Below are positions 21,606 to 30,950 of a stretch of DNA of 64,000 nucleotides, piece after piece. The DNA comes from Nitrospirota bacterium (lineage in GTDB: Bacteria > Nitrospirota > Thermodesulfovibrionia > Thermodesulfovibrionales > Dissulfurispiraceae). How positions within the stretch are numbered: the first letter of the stretch is position 1; each line of letters begins with the position of its first letter. The notes under the pieces were generated by a model. The model worked only from the letters and a program-made list of their open reading frames with translations, was not told the origin of the DNA and ran no database searches. Made by a program: the position numbers and the translations under genes. The stretch lies in NCBI GenBank assembly GCA_963790025.1, contig CAWBMP010000004.1, forward strand, positions 1,120,001-1,184,000, written 5' to 3'.

Positions 21606-22160
21606 TTACTCTTTTTTTGAAACAGCGACAAGCGAGGGGCGTAATACCTTTTCTTTGTAAAGGTACCCTTTCCGAAACTCTTCGACAACCGTGTTACTTT
21701 CCACATCAGATCGGGTCACCTGTGACATGGCATGATGATATGCGGGATCAAAGTGTTTATTAAGGGCCTCAATCGCGGCAACTCCAAATTTCTCGAGTGT
21801 CCTGTTCATCTCCCTCAGGGTATTTTCCACGCCCTGTGCAAGACAATTCGAAGCCTCAAGGCCTCCCTCACAGGCATGCTTTAATGCCATTTCAAGGTTA
21901 TCTATAACCGGCAGCAGTTCATATAGCATTGATTCGTTGGCGTATTTTATAAGCTCCTCTTTGTCTTTCTGGATCTTTTTCTTATAATTGTCGAACTCTG
22001 CATAAAGCCTTAAATATTTATTTTTCGTATTTTCGAGTTCAGTCTGTATTAATTCAACAGTTTCCACGGATTTGTCTTCAAGTTCGGTAGAAGCTCCTGC
22101 TTCTCCAGTTTTCACTGCCTGCTCACTTACAGACTCCGGCACTTCTCTGTCTTTATCCAT
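21606..22160 (-). CDS. grpE: Nucleotide exchange factor GrpE
   Basis: LRLYAEFDNYKK, FDP.YHHA and KGY...KVLRPSLV.V. Confidence 0.96.
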   Translation of the reverse strand: MDKDREVPESVSEQAVKTGEAGASTELEDKSVETVELIQTELENTKNKYLRLYAEFDNYKKKIQKDKEELIKYANESMLYELLPVIDNLEMALKHACEGGLEASNCLAQGVENTLREMNRTLEKFGVAAIEALNKHFDPAYHHAMSQVTRSDVESNTVVEEFRKGYLYKEKVLRPSLVAVSKKE

Positions 22161-22179
22161 CTAATACACCTCCCTGGCC

Positions 22180-23217
22180 CTAACTCCCCAAAGTTTTACT
22201 TATACACTGTGCTACCATATCGACCATAGAAATAGCTTTTGAATAATTCATCCTCTTCGGACCGATCAGGGCTATAACACCCATGGGCCTCTCGCCCTCT
22301 TTATATGTCGCAGTCACCAAGCTCAACCCCTTGAGATCCTCAACCGGATTTTCATTCCCAATAACCACTCTGACACCCCCAATGTCTGAAAACTCTTCGA
22401 GAAGCTTCAGCATTACATGCTTGTCCTTGATGGCCCTCGACAGTTCTTTAATATGTGCTATATCGGAAAAGTCCGGAAGGTCCATCACATCGTATAAGCC
22501 CGAAATAAAAACATCATCTTCTGCAAAGTGCAGCGCCTGCTCACAAATTTCAATAGCTTTGGAAACAAGCCTGTCCCACAATACTTTCTCGTATTTGATG
22601 CGTTTCACCAGTGTTTTCTTTATTTCATCAAGGGAGCAGCCTGCGTATTCCGTATTTATGTAATCCGCTATCCTGTTAAGGTCGTCCTGCGTCATGTCTT
22701 CCTGTACGGTCAGCATTCTGTTCCTGAAAACGCCCTCATCTGTAAGAAGTATGACAACAACAATATTACTTCTGTATTTGATTAATTCTATTCTCTTGAA
22801 AGTAGTCATCTCCGGCTTTGGCGGAAGCGCGATACCGACATAATTCGACATAGTTGAAAGCGTAGTAGTCACTTCCGAAAACATCACCGATATATCGTCC
22901 TTTATCGCTTCCAGTTTCCTGCTGAATTGCCTTACAAACTCCTTTGACTGATCATTCTGCGCCCTTGATTCTTCGACAACAGGGATGGAGTCCACAAAAA
23001 ACCGGTATCCTTTATCCGTCGGGACCCTGCCCGCCGAGGTATGAGGCTGGCTCAAAAACCCGAATTCCTCAAGATCCGCCATTATATTCCTTATAGTTGC
23101 CGGCGAGCACCCTATGGAATATTTTTTAGTAATAAACCGGGACCCCACCGGTTCAGGATTATTTATATAACTCTGGACCACTGCATGAAGGACCTGCTTG
23201 CTTCTTTTATCAAGCAT
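22180..23217 (-). CDS. hrcA: Heat-inducible transcription repressor
   Basis: SPATIRNIMADLE, QPHTSAGRVPTDKGYR and IGPKRMNY. Start set at MLDKR (23217). Confidence 0.96.
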   Translation of the reverse strand: MLDKRSKQVLHAVVQSYINNPEPVGSRFITKKYSIGCSPATIRNIMADLEEFGFLSQPHTSAGRVPTDKGYRFFVDSIPVVEESRAQNDQSKEFVRQFSRKLEAIKDDISVMFSEVTTTLSTMSNYVGIALPPKPEMTTFKRIELIKYRSNIVVVILLTDEGVFRNRMLTVQEDMTQDDLNRIADYINTEYAGCSLDEIKKTLVKRIKYEKVLWDRLVSKAIEICEQALHFAEDDVFISGLYDVMDLPDFSDIAHIKELSRAIKDKHVMLKLLEEFSDIGGVRVVIGNENPVEDLKGLSLVTATYKEGERPMGVIALIGPKRMNYSKAISMVDMVAQCISKTLGS

Positions 23218-23251
23218 ATCAAATATCATACCAACATACACCTCTCAACAA

Positions 23252-23347
23252 AGCGTGCTGCTTTCAGGGTACTGCGTTCTGCTTCAAAAAACGACAATTT
23301 TTTTAATTTTTTAACTCTGTACGCAGTACACTGTACGCTCTAACGCT
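23252..23347. repeat. 7-nt-periodic inverted-repeat element in the hrcA leader
   Basis: agcgtgctgctttcagggtactgcgttc ... gtacgcagtacactgtacgctctaacgct. Confidence 0.65.
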
Positions 23348-23349
23348 TT

Positions 23350-23376
23350 TTAGCACTCTCACTCCTTGAGTGCTAA
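23350..23376. promoter_or_regulatory. CIRCE element (HrcA operator)
   Basis: Perfect TTAGCACTC-N9-GAGTGCTAA upstream of hrcA. Confidence 0.97.
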
Positions 23377-23381
23377 TAAAT

Positions 23382-23411
23382 AATTTAACAGTTAGCTGCC
23401 GCACCTGTCAA
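23382..23411 (-). promoter_or_regulatory. Sigma70-type promoter of the hrcA-dnaK operon
   Basis: TTGACA (23411-23406), then TGtTAAATT just upstream of CIRCE. Confidence 0.7.
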
Positions 23412-23432
23412 GTTTAACGGATAGTTCAACAG

Positions 23433-23592
23433 AAAGGTTAAAGGTAAAAGGTCAAGGGTTAAAGGGCAGGACAGAAAATAAAACAGACTTTTCAAAAAGT
23501 TATAAATCCCGATCACGCCAAAAGATGACATTGACAGCATGCAATGTATGAGGCAGGCTTGATTCTTTTGCCTTTAGCCTTTCGCCTTTTCT
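23433..23592. repeat. 7-nt-periodic inverted-repeat element (AAAGGTT/AAAGGCT type)
   Basis: aaaggtt aaaggta aaaggtc aagggtt aaagggc ... tttgcct ttagcct ttcgcct. Confidence 0.65.
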
Positions 23593-23594
23593 TT

Positions 23595-24431
23595 TTACCA
23601 CTGCAGCTTTCTTTGCATCAGTTTATCATACATTTTGGGCGGCATAAACGCCTGGTGGTGTATTTCATCACTGTAATATTTCGTGTCTATAGTATAAGGC
23701 CTTCTGATGTTCCTCATGTCGTGTTTCTTTGATGCAGCCGAAAACGTCCACCAGTTGCCGGCATACGTTGCGATCGGGGCTGTGTAAAGGTCAACAGTCG
23801 GGAAAATAAGCCTCATGGCCTCCTGGACCTCTATGACAATGTCCTTATGAAAATGGAGTGATTCCGAAAGGGTCACAAACATTCCTTCCTCTGTGAGACA
23901 ATCCTTGACCGACTTGAAGAACTCCACTGTGAACAGACTTTTTGCGAACCCGATGATATCGGTCGAATCGACAATGACCACATCAATATCAGAATCCCTG
24001 CCCTTCACAAATTCTGCGCCGTCCATGCATTTTATCTCAACCCTGCTATCGTCAACTCCGCAGGCTACAGAAGGGAAAAATTTTCTGGAGACATTGATCA
24101 CTTCTTCATCAATCTCAACAAAATAAACCTTTTCCACCGAAGCATGCTTCAGTACCTCTCGCACTGCTCCTCCGTCACCGCCGCCGATCACAATAACATT
24201 CCGCGGACTGGGATGCGCATGCATTAGTATGTGCACCAGCATTTCATGGTAGAAAAACTCGTCGCGTTCGGTTATCTGTATTACATCGTCCAAAACAAGT
24301 ATCTTTCCGAAATACGGGTTCTCAATGACCATTATTTCCTGAAAGTCGCTTTTGCTCTTATGCAGCACCTTCTCCACACCGTACACATATTGTATCGGAG
24401 CATATGGGTCCTTCTCGAAAAACTTAATCAT
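23595..24431 (-). CDS. speE: Polyamine aminopropyltransferase (spermidine synthase)
   Basis: DEFFYHEML.H, VIGGGDGG..RE, VEID and DSTD; AGGGAGG SD. Confidence 0.94.
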   Translation of the reverse strand: MIKFFEKDPYAPIQYVYGVEKVLHKSKSDFQEIMVIENPYFGKILVLDDVIQITERDEFFYHEMLVHILMHAHPSPRNVIVIGGGDGGAVREVLKHASVEKVYFVEIDEEVINVSRKFFPSVACGVDDSRVEIKCMDGAEFVKGRDSDIDVVIVDSTDIIGFAKSLFTVEFFKSVKDCLTEEGMFVTLSESLHFHKDIVIEVQEAMRLIFPTVDLYTAPIATYAGNWWTFSAASKKHDMRNIRRPYTIDTKYYSDEIHHQAFMPPKMYDKLMQRKLQW

Positions 24432-24468
24432 AAATATAGCCTCCCTTTTAGAACTCAAACAGTAAAAC

Positions 24469-24651
24469 GTGTAATGAAGGATATGTCTCTTCCGCTCAGG
24501 CGCTGCGTCTTGACAGTTCTAACGGCTCGTCACGCTACAGGCGCAAAATTCAGCCCTGCAGGCTTCAGTTTCGCGCCTGTTTAACGCTAACTTGCCGAGA
24601 ACTGTTGCCAAGCCTCCGCGATTCGCTCCAGAGAAATATCCTTCATTACAC
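24469..24651. mobile_element. ~183-nt foldback / MITE-like element
   Basis: 22-bp terminal inverted repeat with 1 mismatch, plus nested internal stems. Confidence 0.55.
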
Positions 24652-24655
24652 TCGT

Positions 24656-25789
24656 TTAAATCAATATGGTTTTGGGTATCGAAAATCCATTAAATTCGGA
24701 GGCATAGGATATAGTGTAAGCACCGCTTGAGAGTATCAGTATGCGGTTGCCGATCTCAGGCTCAGGCAGCTTCACATTACGGTCTATAACGTCGAAGCTG
24801 TCGCAACTGGGACCTGCAATAGTCCATGCCTTTTCATCACTTCTGCTGCCCACAACATAGGTATATTTAATGCCGCCTATACTCTCCATCATGCCGTTAA
24901 ATACTCCCACATCAATATAAAGCCAGTTCTCATCTCCCCGCCGCACTTTTCCTATAACAGTTGACACAAAAACTCCCGCATCACCTACAACCGCCCTTCC
25001 CGGTTCTATGAATACGTCAATGTCATCGGGGAATTTCTGGTAGATGACCTTGTCCACTTTTTTTTCTATGGTTTCTATATCGACCACATTCTTTGTATAA
25101 CGGATAGGATAACCGCCGCCGATATTGAGCATGCTTAATGTAATGCCTTGCTGCCCCACGGTTTCCCACAAATCCCACGCCTTGTCCACCGCAATATTCC
25201 AGTTGTAGACATTATTGCACTGGGAGCCCACATGGAAGGTAATACCTATAGGGTTGAGTCCCTTTTCTTTTGCATAAACCAGCAGCACTTCCGCCTCATC
25301 CATTTCAACCCCGAACTTCTTGCTCAAGGGCCATTCGCTCCCCTCATTCGGAACAGACAATCTTACGTAGACATTGCAGCCGGGCGCATAACGGGCAAGC
25401 TTCTCGACTTCCATGGTAGAATCAAAAGCAAAATAATTCAACCCGTAATCAACGGCCTGTTCAAGAAACTTAAACGTCTTTACAGGATTACTGGTAATGA
25501 TCCTCTCCGGCCTCACGCCCAGAGAGGCGAGCATCTGAAGCTCGCCTTCGGAAGCAATCTCAAAACCTGTTTCCAGGCTATTCAGAAGCTTGAGCACTTC
25601 CCTGTCCGGATTTGCCTTAACCGCATAAAAGGTTTTCGAATTCCTGATGCCCTTACCGATCAGTGAGACCTTTTCGGTCACCACCTCACGGTCCATAAGC
25701 AAATAAGGCGGCATCTCGTCGCTCAGTGCAATATAATTGAGCACCTTAGTCCATGTCTTGCTGCTAATGCATTCAGGGGTTGTTTCCAC
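24656..25789 (-). CDS. Fold-type III PLP-dependent ornithine/lysine decarboxylase
   Basis: FYAVKANP, FEIAS.GE, KFG, FHVGSQ, NIGGG, EPGR, GPSCDS.D and GAYT. Confidence 0.9.
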   Translation of the reverse strand: METTPECISSKTWTKVLNYIALSDEMPPYLLMDREVVTEKVSLIGKGIRNSKTFYAVKANPDREVLKLLNSLETGFEIASEGELQMLASLGVRPERIITSNPVKTFKFLEQAVDYGLNYFAFDSTMEVEKLARYAPGCNVYVRLSVPNEGSEWPLSKKFGVEMDEAEVLLVYAKEKGLNPIGITFHVGSQCNNVYNWNIAVDKAWDLWETVGQQGITLSMLNIGGGYPIRYTKNVVDIETIEKKVDKVIYQKFPDDIDVFIEPGRAVVGDAGVFVSTVIGKVRRGDENWLYIDVGVFNGMMESIGGIKYTYVVGSRSDEKAWTIAGPSCDSFDVIDRNVKLPEPEIGNRILILSSGAYTISYASEFNGFSIPKTILI

Positions 25790-25869
25790 AAGTCGCTCCG
25801 TAAAAAATCTGCACTTCCGAACAGTAGTACTGGCCGAAAATGCGAACGGCTACTATAAACCAAACGCAA

Positions 25870-26604
25870 CTACATTATACAATAGATCAAATACTCTATA
25901 TTCCCCTTCTGCCCGGTAATCGGCGACTGCATCGTCCCGATTATGTTCAGCCCCAGTGCTCCCAATTCTACTTTCACCTGCTCAACAGTGCGCTCGCGTT
26001 TCGCAGTATCTTTAATTACACCACCCTTGTCCACTTCGCCCTTTCCCACCTCGAACTGAGGCTTTATGAGGGCAATCATCTCACCCTCCGGCTGAAGGAA
26101 CTCAAGTACCTTCGGAACGACTTTGACAAGTGATATGAATGACACGTCAATAGTTACAAGGGCAATAGGATCCGGGATTTTTTCCCTTTCAAGGTGACGG
26201 ATATTGGCCCGCTCGATTATGACTATCCTCGGGTCCTGCCGCAGTTTCCACGCAAGCTGGCCGTAGCCGACGTCGATGCAATAAACTTTAGCAACGCCGT
26301 GTTGTAGCAGGCAGTCGGTGAAGCCCCCGGTAGATGCGCCTACATCCATCGCAACCTTGCCGCCCACTGATATATTAAAATTCGCGAGGGCCGCTTCCAA
26401 CTTGAGGCCGCCGCGGCTGACATAAGGGATTTCCCCGCCTCTTACCTCAACTGGCGCATCGGGCGCTACCATCGAACCCGCCTTTGTAACAGGCACACCG
26501 TTGACAAGGACTTTCCCTTCCATGATCAGCGCCCGAGCCCGCTCACGGCTAGACACTATGCCCCTGTCCACAACAATTTTATCAAGACGCTCTTTCATTG
26601 TCAT
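25870..26604 (-). CDS. tlyA: TlyA family RNA 2'-O-methyltransferase
   Basis: S4 domain, YVSRGGLKL, DVGASTGGFTD and LIKPQFE. Confidence 0.95.
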   Translation of the reverse strand: MTMKERLDKIVVDRGIVSSRERARALIMEGKVLVNGVPVTKAGSMVAPDAPVEVRGGEIPYVSRGGLKLEAALANFNISVGGKVAMDVGASTGGFTDCLLQHGVAKVYCIDVGYGQLAWKLRQDPRIVIIERANIRHLEREKIPDPIALVTIDVSFISLVKVVPKVLEFLQPEGEMIALIKPQFEVGKGEVDKGGVIKDTAKRERTVEQVKVELGALGLNIIGTMQSPITGQKGNIEYLIYCIM

Positions 26605-26685
26605 TTTTCAGAGAAATGTCTGAATAAAGACCTGACCCTCAGAGGTTGTTTTTTATGGATTTTGATATTAGATCAATCATAGCGT

Positions 26686-27522
26686 CTATTTCGTTGGGGT
26701 CGATTTTCCTAGTGCGTATATGCCTGTAAAACCGAGGTGTTCAATAGCTTTCTTTAAGTCAGCAGTAACATAGTTTGCCAGCAGCGCGTATTCATCAATT
26801 GACTGTTGCAGCCCCTGCGCTATTTCAATGATTTTAGAGCGAGATAAAAACAACTCGCCTCTCATTACAGCATCGAATTCATCTTCGGTGATTTGGATCG
26901 ACTCAAGGAATTCCTTCTTTTTGCTTATATCAAGTCTATTGATATCGGTTTTGAGCCGGTCCAGAAATTTTTGAGGCAATTCACCGGTAACCGACTGTGG
27001 ATATGAAGATGCCTTTTTTCTGGGTACGTATCGGAGCAAAGCAAGATACTCGTTGATTGGTTGGTCTAAGGCAGCAGCCAATTTTACAACGTCTCTTCTG
27101 CTGATAATAGCCTTTTCTGCCAGCATGCTAATAGCGTTTTCAATATAACCCTTCTCTGATATTTGCTTATTCTCCGCTATCAGCTTCTGGTAGTCCGATT
27201 TGACCTTCTGTATAAATTCATGCGTTATGCTTCCTCCAGAGGACCCCGGTATAGAGACGTATTGACGAATGCGCGGAGATGTCTCTGCAAGTTCTTTAGC
27301 CAGCAACATACGGTTTTCGAGGGCGATTAGTTCTGCATCCGTTGTGCTGAATTCCTTGGCTATTTTCTCAATCAGGTCAGTTCCAACCCGTCTCCGGGAT
27401 TTTTCAAACGGCATCTCGGCTTGCGAGATATGGTTTGGTGAGCAGCCCAGTCTATCTGCAAATTGTCTCTGGGTGAGGCCGGCTCCCTTCCTTATTTCTT
27501 TTATAATTTCATTAAGAGTCAT
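26686..27522 (-). CDS. XRE-family transcriptional regulator with two additional repeated XRE-like domains
   Basis: IKEIRKGAGLTQRQFADRLGCS..HISQAE. Internal repeat SRRDVVKLAAALDQPINEY / SRSKIIEIAQGLQQSIDEY. Confidence 0.8.
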   Translation of the reverse strand: MTLNEIIKEIRKGAGLTQRQFADRLGCSPNHISQAEMPFEKSRRRVGTDLIEKIAKEFSTTDAELIALENRMLLAKELAETSPRIRQYVSIPGSSGGSITHEFIQKVKSDYQKLIAENKQISEKGYIENAISMLAEKAIISRRDVVKLAAALDQPINEYLALLRYVPRKKASSYPQSVTGELPQKFLDRLKTDINRLDISKKKEFLESIQITEDEFDAVMRGELFLSRSKIIEIAQGLQQSIDEYALLANYVTADLKKAIEHLGFTGIYALGKSTPTK

Positions 27523-27670
27523 AGGTTATGGCTAATGTTAAGCGACCTTGAAGTCTACATTCCCGTTATAATTTTGCTTTGCCTGCTAATAGTAATTTAT
27601 TGTATTGTTTATAAAAAAATCAACCTTGATTGCGACCTTAATCACTACTTTTTAGTGATTAATTTTTCTC

Positions 27671-27700
27671 TTGACAAACTAACTCTCGGTTAGTTAGTAT
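27671..27700 (+). promoter_or_regulatory. Sigma70 promoter with a palindromic operator in the spacer
   Basis: TTGACA-18-TAGTAT, with AACTAAC-N5-GTTAGTT at 27677-27695. Confidence 0.7.
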
Positions 27701-27744
27701 GTAGGCGAGTGGTTTTAAAACGGAGGTATTCAAAAGGAGGGAAC

Positions 27745-28005
27745 ATGAAAAAACATTTTTCTAATCCGCTTAAGGTTACAATAATGGTAGTTTTGCTGCT
27801 TTTCTTGTTTTCCGCCGGGGCCCCTAGCAATAAATACGCAAAAAATGGCACGGGCATTGTCTACTACTCGCAATACCCGACCGGAGGCACTGAGAAAAAC
27901 AATTCAGGACTTATCGCGTTCGACAGGGGTCATCAATGCCTGAAAGACGATACCGGCACAACTATGTGCTCAAACGTCTTGGGCAGCGGGAACAATAATA
28001 AGTAA
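27745..28005 (+). CDS. Small exported hypothetical protein (86 aa)
   Basis: AGGAGG SD, signal-peptide-like N-terminus and two Cys. Confidence 0.7.
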   Translation: MKKHFSNPLKVTIMVVLLLFLFSAGAPSNKYAKNGTGIVYYSQYPTGGTEKNNSGLIAFDRGHQCLKDDTGTTMCSNVLGSGNNNK

Positions 28006-28051
28006 TCATAATTAAGAAATACAAAATATCAAAAAAAGAGACCATTCGACG

Positions 28052-28080
28052 AGAAATATGGGGATTGTCCCCATATTTCT
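28052..28080. terminator. Perfect 13-bp hairpin between convergent genes (terminator or REP-like)
   Basis: AGAAATATGGGGA-TTG-TCCCCATATTTCT. Confidence 0.6.
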
Positions 28081-28104
28081 TAAAAAGCCAAAGAGCATCC
28101 TAAT

Positions 28105-30030
28105 TTACGATTTCCGGGCAGCTGGGCTGGATATTTTCAGAAAATTCAGTGCAGCTTTGTATATCCCTTCTTCATCGAGACCGTATTGTTTCCTCAGCAA
28201 CGCCTGCGTGCCGTGCTCCACGAATTCATCATCGATCCCGATACGGCATACCTCAACATTGTTCACTCGCCTCAGGTTCAAAAATTCAAGCACAGCAGAG
28301 CCGAAGCCCCCTGCAAGAACATTCTCCTCCACAGTGATTATCCGCTTTGTTCGCTCGCAAAGCGCCATTATCCCCTCCTCGTCCAGAGGCTTAATGAAAC
28401 GGGCATTGACTACGGAAGCATCGACATGATCGTTCTTCAACATTGCTGCTGCTTTCAGGGCCGGATACACTGAATTACCCACCGCAAGAAAGACAATGTC
28501 TTTTCCATCGGCAATGATCTCCGATTTCCCCATTTTCACTGCTGTAGGAAGCACACCCAGAAGGGTATAAGGACTCACCTTTCCCCGTGGATACCTCAGC
28601 ACGGCAGGGCCGTTATGCTTTAAAGCGAGCATGAGCATCCCTCTCATCTCATAACTGTCCTTGGGCGCCATAACTATCAGATTGGGAATATGCCTAAGGA
28701 AAGATATATCAAACAGTCCCTGATGGGTTGCTCCATCCTCTCCCACAATCCCGGCCCGATCAATGGCAAAGATAACCGGCAGGTTCTGGAGACACACGTC
28801 ATGAATAATCTCATCATAGGCCCGCTGAAGGAATGTGGAATATATGGCAACTACCGGCCTGAGTCCCTGGGTGGCGAGACCTGCCGCAAAAGTCGCAGCA
28901 TGAGGCTCTGCTATGCCTACATCGTAGAAACGGTCCGGGAACTTCTCCGCAAAGACAGCCAGTCCCGTCCCTTCCTTCATCGCAGCGCTGATCGCAACGA
29001 CGCGCTCATCCTTATCAGCGATATCAGTAAGGACCCGGCCGAAAAGATCACAAAATGGGATGCAGTCGTCATAAGACGGAACTACACCGACAGCAGCCTT
29101 ATCGGCCTGCGTCACTCCGGTGTCCACTTCAAAGGGACCGACGCCGTGAAATATGCATGGGTCTTCCTCGGAAAATTTGTACCCTTTGCCTTTTTTGGTC
29201 ACTACATGAATCAATACCGGTTCGTTTGTGCCCTTGATACTGCTAAATTTCTCTATAAGCAAAGGAATATCATGCCCGTCTATCGGCCCCAAATAGTTGA
29301 ATCCCAGGTCCTCGAACAGCCCGCCTGGAAGAAAGAACCCTTTCAGGCTCCCTTCCGCCCGCTCTGCTATCCTGGAGACGGTCTCTCCAATCCCGGGAAT
29401 CCCTTTAAGAAGGGCTCTGGTATCTTTTCTGAACTTTTGATAGAACAGACCTGACAATACCTTGCTCAGGTAATTTGAAAGCGCCCCGACGTTCTGGGAT
29501 ATGGACATTTCATTGTCATTAAGGACCACTATGAGATCTTTTTTCATATGTCCGGCCTGGTTAAGTCCCTCAAAGGCGAGTCCCGAGGTCATAGCGCCAT
29601 CCCCGATCACTGCAATCACCTTGAAGGATCCGCCATTCCTGTCCCGTCCTTCTGCAATCCCTAAGGCCGCGGATATGGAAGTGGAACTATGGCCGGTCCC
29701 AAATGCATCATGTTGGCTTTCAGCAATTTTCGGGAACCCTGATATCCCCTTGTATTTCCGAATAGTGGGGAAGTCACGGTACCTGCCGGTCAGGAGCTTG
29801 TGAGAATAAGACTGATGGCCGACATCCCATACTATCTTATCGACCGGAGAATTAAAAACGTAATGAAGCGCAATTGTGAGTTCAACTACTCCGAGGTTGG
29901 ATGCAAGGTGTCCTCCATTAATCGAGACCCTTTCTATAATCAGGGTGCGGAGTTCATCGGCGAGGGTATTAAGTTCTTCCGGTTTCAGCGATTTCATATC
30001 GCGCGGCGATTTTATATTTTCAATAAGCAT
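28105..30030 (-). CDS. dxs: 1-deoxy-D-xylulose-5-phosphate synthase
   Basis: GGHLASNLG, WDVGHQ, GDGAMTSG, IAEPHA, YSTFLQRAYD and DG.THQG. Confidence 0.98.
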   Translation of the reverse strand: MLIENIKSPRDMKSLKPEELNTLADELRTLIIERVSINGGHLASNLGVVELTIALHYVFNSPVDKIVWDVGHQSYSHKLLTGRYRDFPTIRKYKGISGFPKIAESQHDAFGTGHSSTSISAALGIAEGRDRNGGSFKVIAVIGDGAMTSGLAFEGLNQAGHMKKDLIVVLNDNEMSISQNVGALSNYLSKVLSGLFYQKFRKDTRALLKGIPGIGETVSRIAERAEGSLKGFFLPGGLFEDLGFNYLGPIDGHDIPLLIEKFSSIKGTNEPVLIHVVTKKGKGYKFSEEDPCIFHGVGPFEVDTGVTQADKAAVGVVPSYDDCIPFCDLFGRVLTDIADKDERVVAISAAMKEGTGLAVFAEKFPDRFYDVGIAEPHAATFAAGLATQGLRPVVAIYSTFLQRAYDEIIHDVCLQNLPVIFAIDRAGIVGEDGATHQGLFDISFLRHIPNLIVMAPKDSYEMRGMLMLALKHNGPAVLRYPRGKVSPYTLLGVLPTAVKMGKSEIIADGKDIVFLAVGNSVYPALKAAAMLKNDHVDASVVNARFIKPLDEEGIMALCERTKRIITVEENVLAGGFGSAVLEFLNLRRVNNVEVCRIGIDDEFVEHGTQALLRKQYGLDEEGIYKAALNFLKISSPAARKS

Positions 30031-30051
30031 TCCTTAGTCCTATGACACTTT

Positions 30052-30945
30052 TCAGCTTCTGCGTTCAAGCAGGTGCTGTGCAATGGCCCGTAATGCATCT
30101 GCGCTTTCATCAAATACATTCAGCGCGTCCAATGCCTTCTCAACCAGTTCTCTTGCCTTCCTTTTCGACTCCTCGATACCGTACAGTTTCGGATAAGTCA
30201 TCTTTTTTTTCTTTTCGTCCGAGCCAGCGGTCTTGCCCAGCAATTCCGTTTCTCCCTCAACATCAAGTATATCATCAATCACCTGAAATGCGATGCCTGT
30301 ATTCTGCCCATAGCTTTCCAGCCCGGCCAGCCGCCCCTCGCTGCAGCAGGCCAAAATACCTCCGGCTTTTACCGCAGCAGTGATGAGTGCAGCGGTTTTA
30401 CATCTATGAATAAAAGATAGAGTTTCGGCATCAGGATCTTCGTTTTCAGAAAGCAGGTCCTGCGCCTGTCCGCCCACCATGCCATATATGCCCGACCCGG
30501 CAGCAATTTCATTAATTACTTTTATAATAGCTGTTTGAGGAATAGAGGAAACCGCATGCCGTTTATGGGACAGCAGATAAAATGCCTCTGTCAGGAGGGC
30601 ATCGCCGGCGAGGACCGCCATCCCCTCACCGAAAACCTTATGGTTAGTGGGCTTGCCGCGTCTCAAGTCGTCATCGTCCATTGCCGGGAGGTCGTCGTGG
30701 ATTAATGAGTAGGTATGAATCAGTTCCAGAGCAGAAGCATAAGGGACCACCTCCTCCGTCTTTCCTCCGCAAGCCTCGTATGAGGCAAGACACAGAACAG
30801 GCCTGATCCTTTTACCGCCCGCAGAAAGCGAATAGACAATGGATTCCCGAAGCTTCTCAGGGACAGTCGATGACTCTGAAAAGTATGATTTCAAGAATGT
30901 ATCGACGAGGTCTTTTCTGGTCTTGAGGTAATTTTTTATGCCCAT
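30052..30945 (-). CDS. ispA: Polyprenyl (farnesyl) diphosphate synthase
   Basis: GGKRIRP, HDDLPAMDDDDLRRGKPT and FQVIDDILD. Confidence 0.93.
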   Translation of the reverse strand: MGIKNYLKTRKDLVDTFLKSYFSESSTVPEKLRESIVYSLSAGGKRIRPVLCLASYEACGGKTEEVVPYASALELIHTYSLIHDDLPAMDDDDLRRGKPTNHKVFGEGMAVLAGDALLTEAFYLLSHKRHAVSSIPQTAIIKVINEIAAGSGIYGMVGGQAQDLLSENEDPDAETLSFIHRCKTAALITAAVKAGGILACCSEGRLAGLESYGQNTGIAFQVIDDILDVEGETELLGKTAGSDEKKKKMTYPKLYGIEESKRKARELVEKALDALNVFDESADALRAIAQHLLERRS

Positions 30946-30950
30946 GCTCT

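Noticed and set aside
28690..29454. 254-aa ORF opposite dxs, and similar antisense ORFs over proA, guaB, rsmE and the efflux adaptor
   Set aside because: They lie wholly or almost wholly antisense to well-supported genes.
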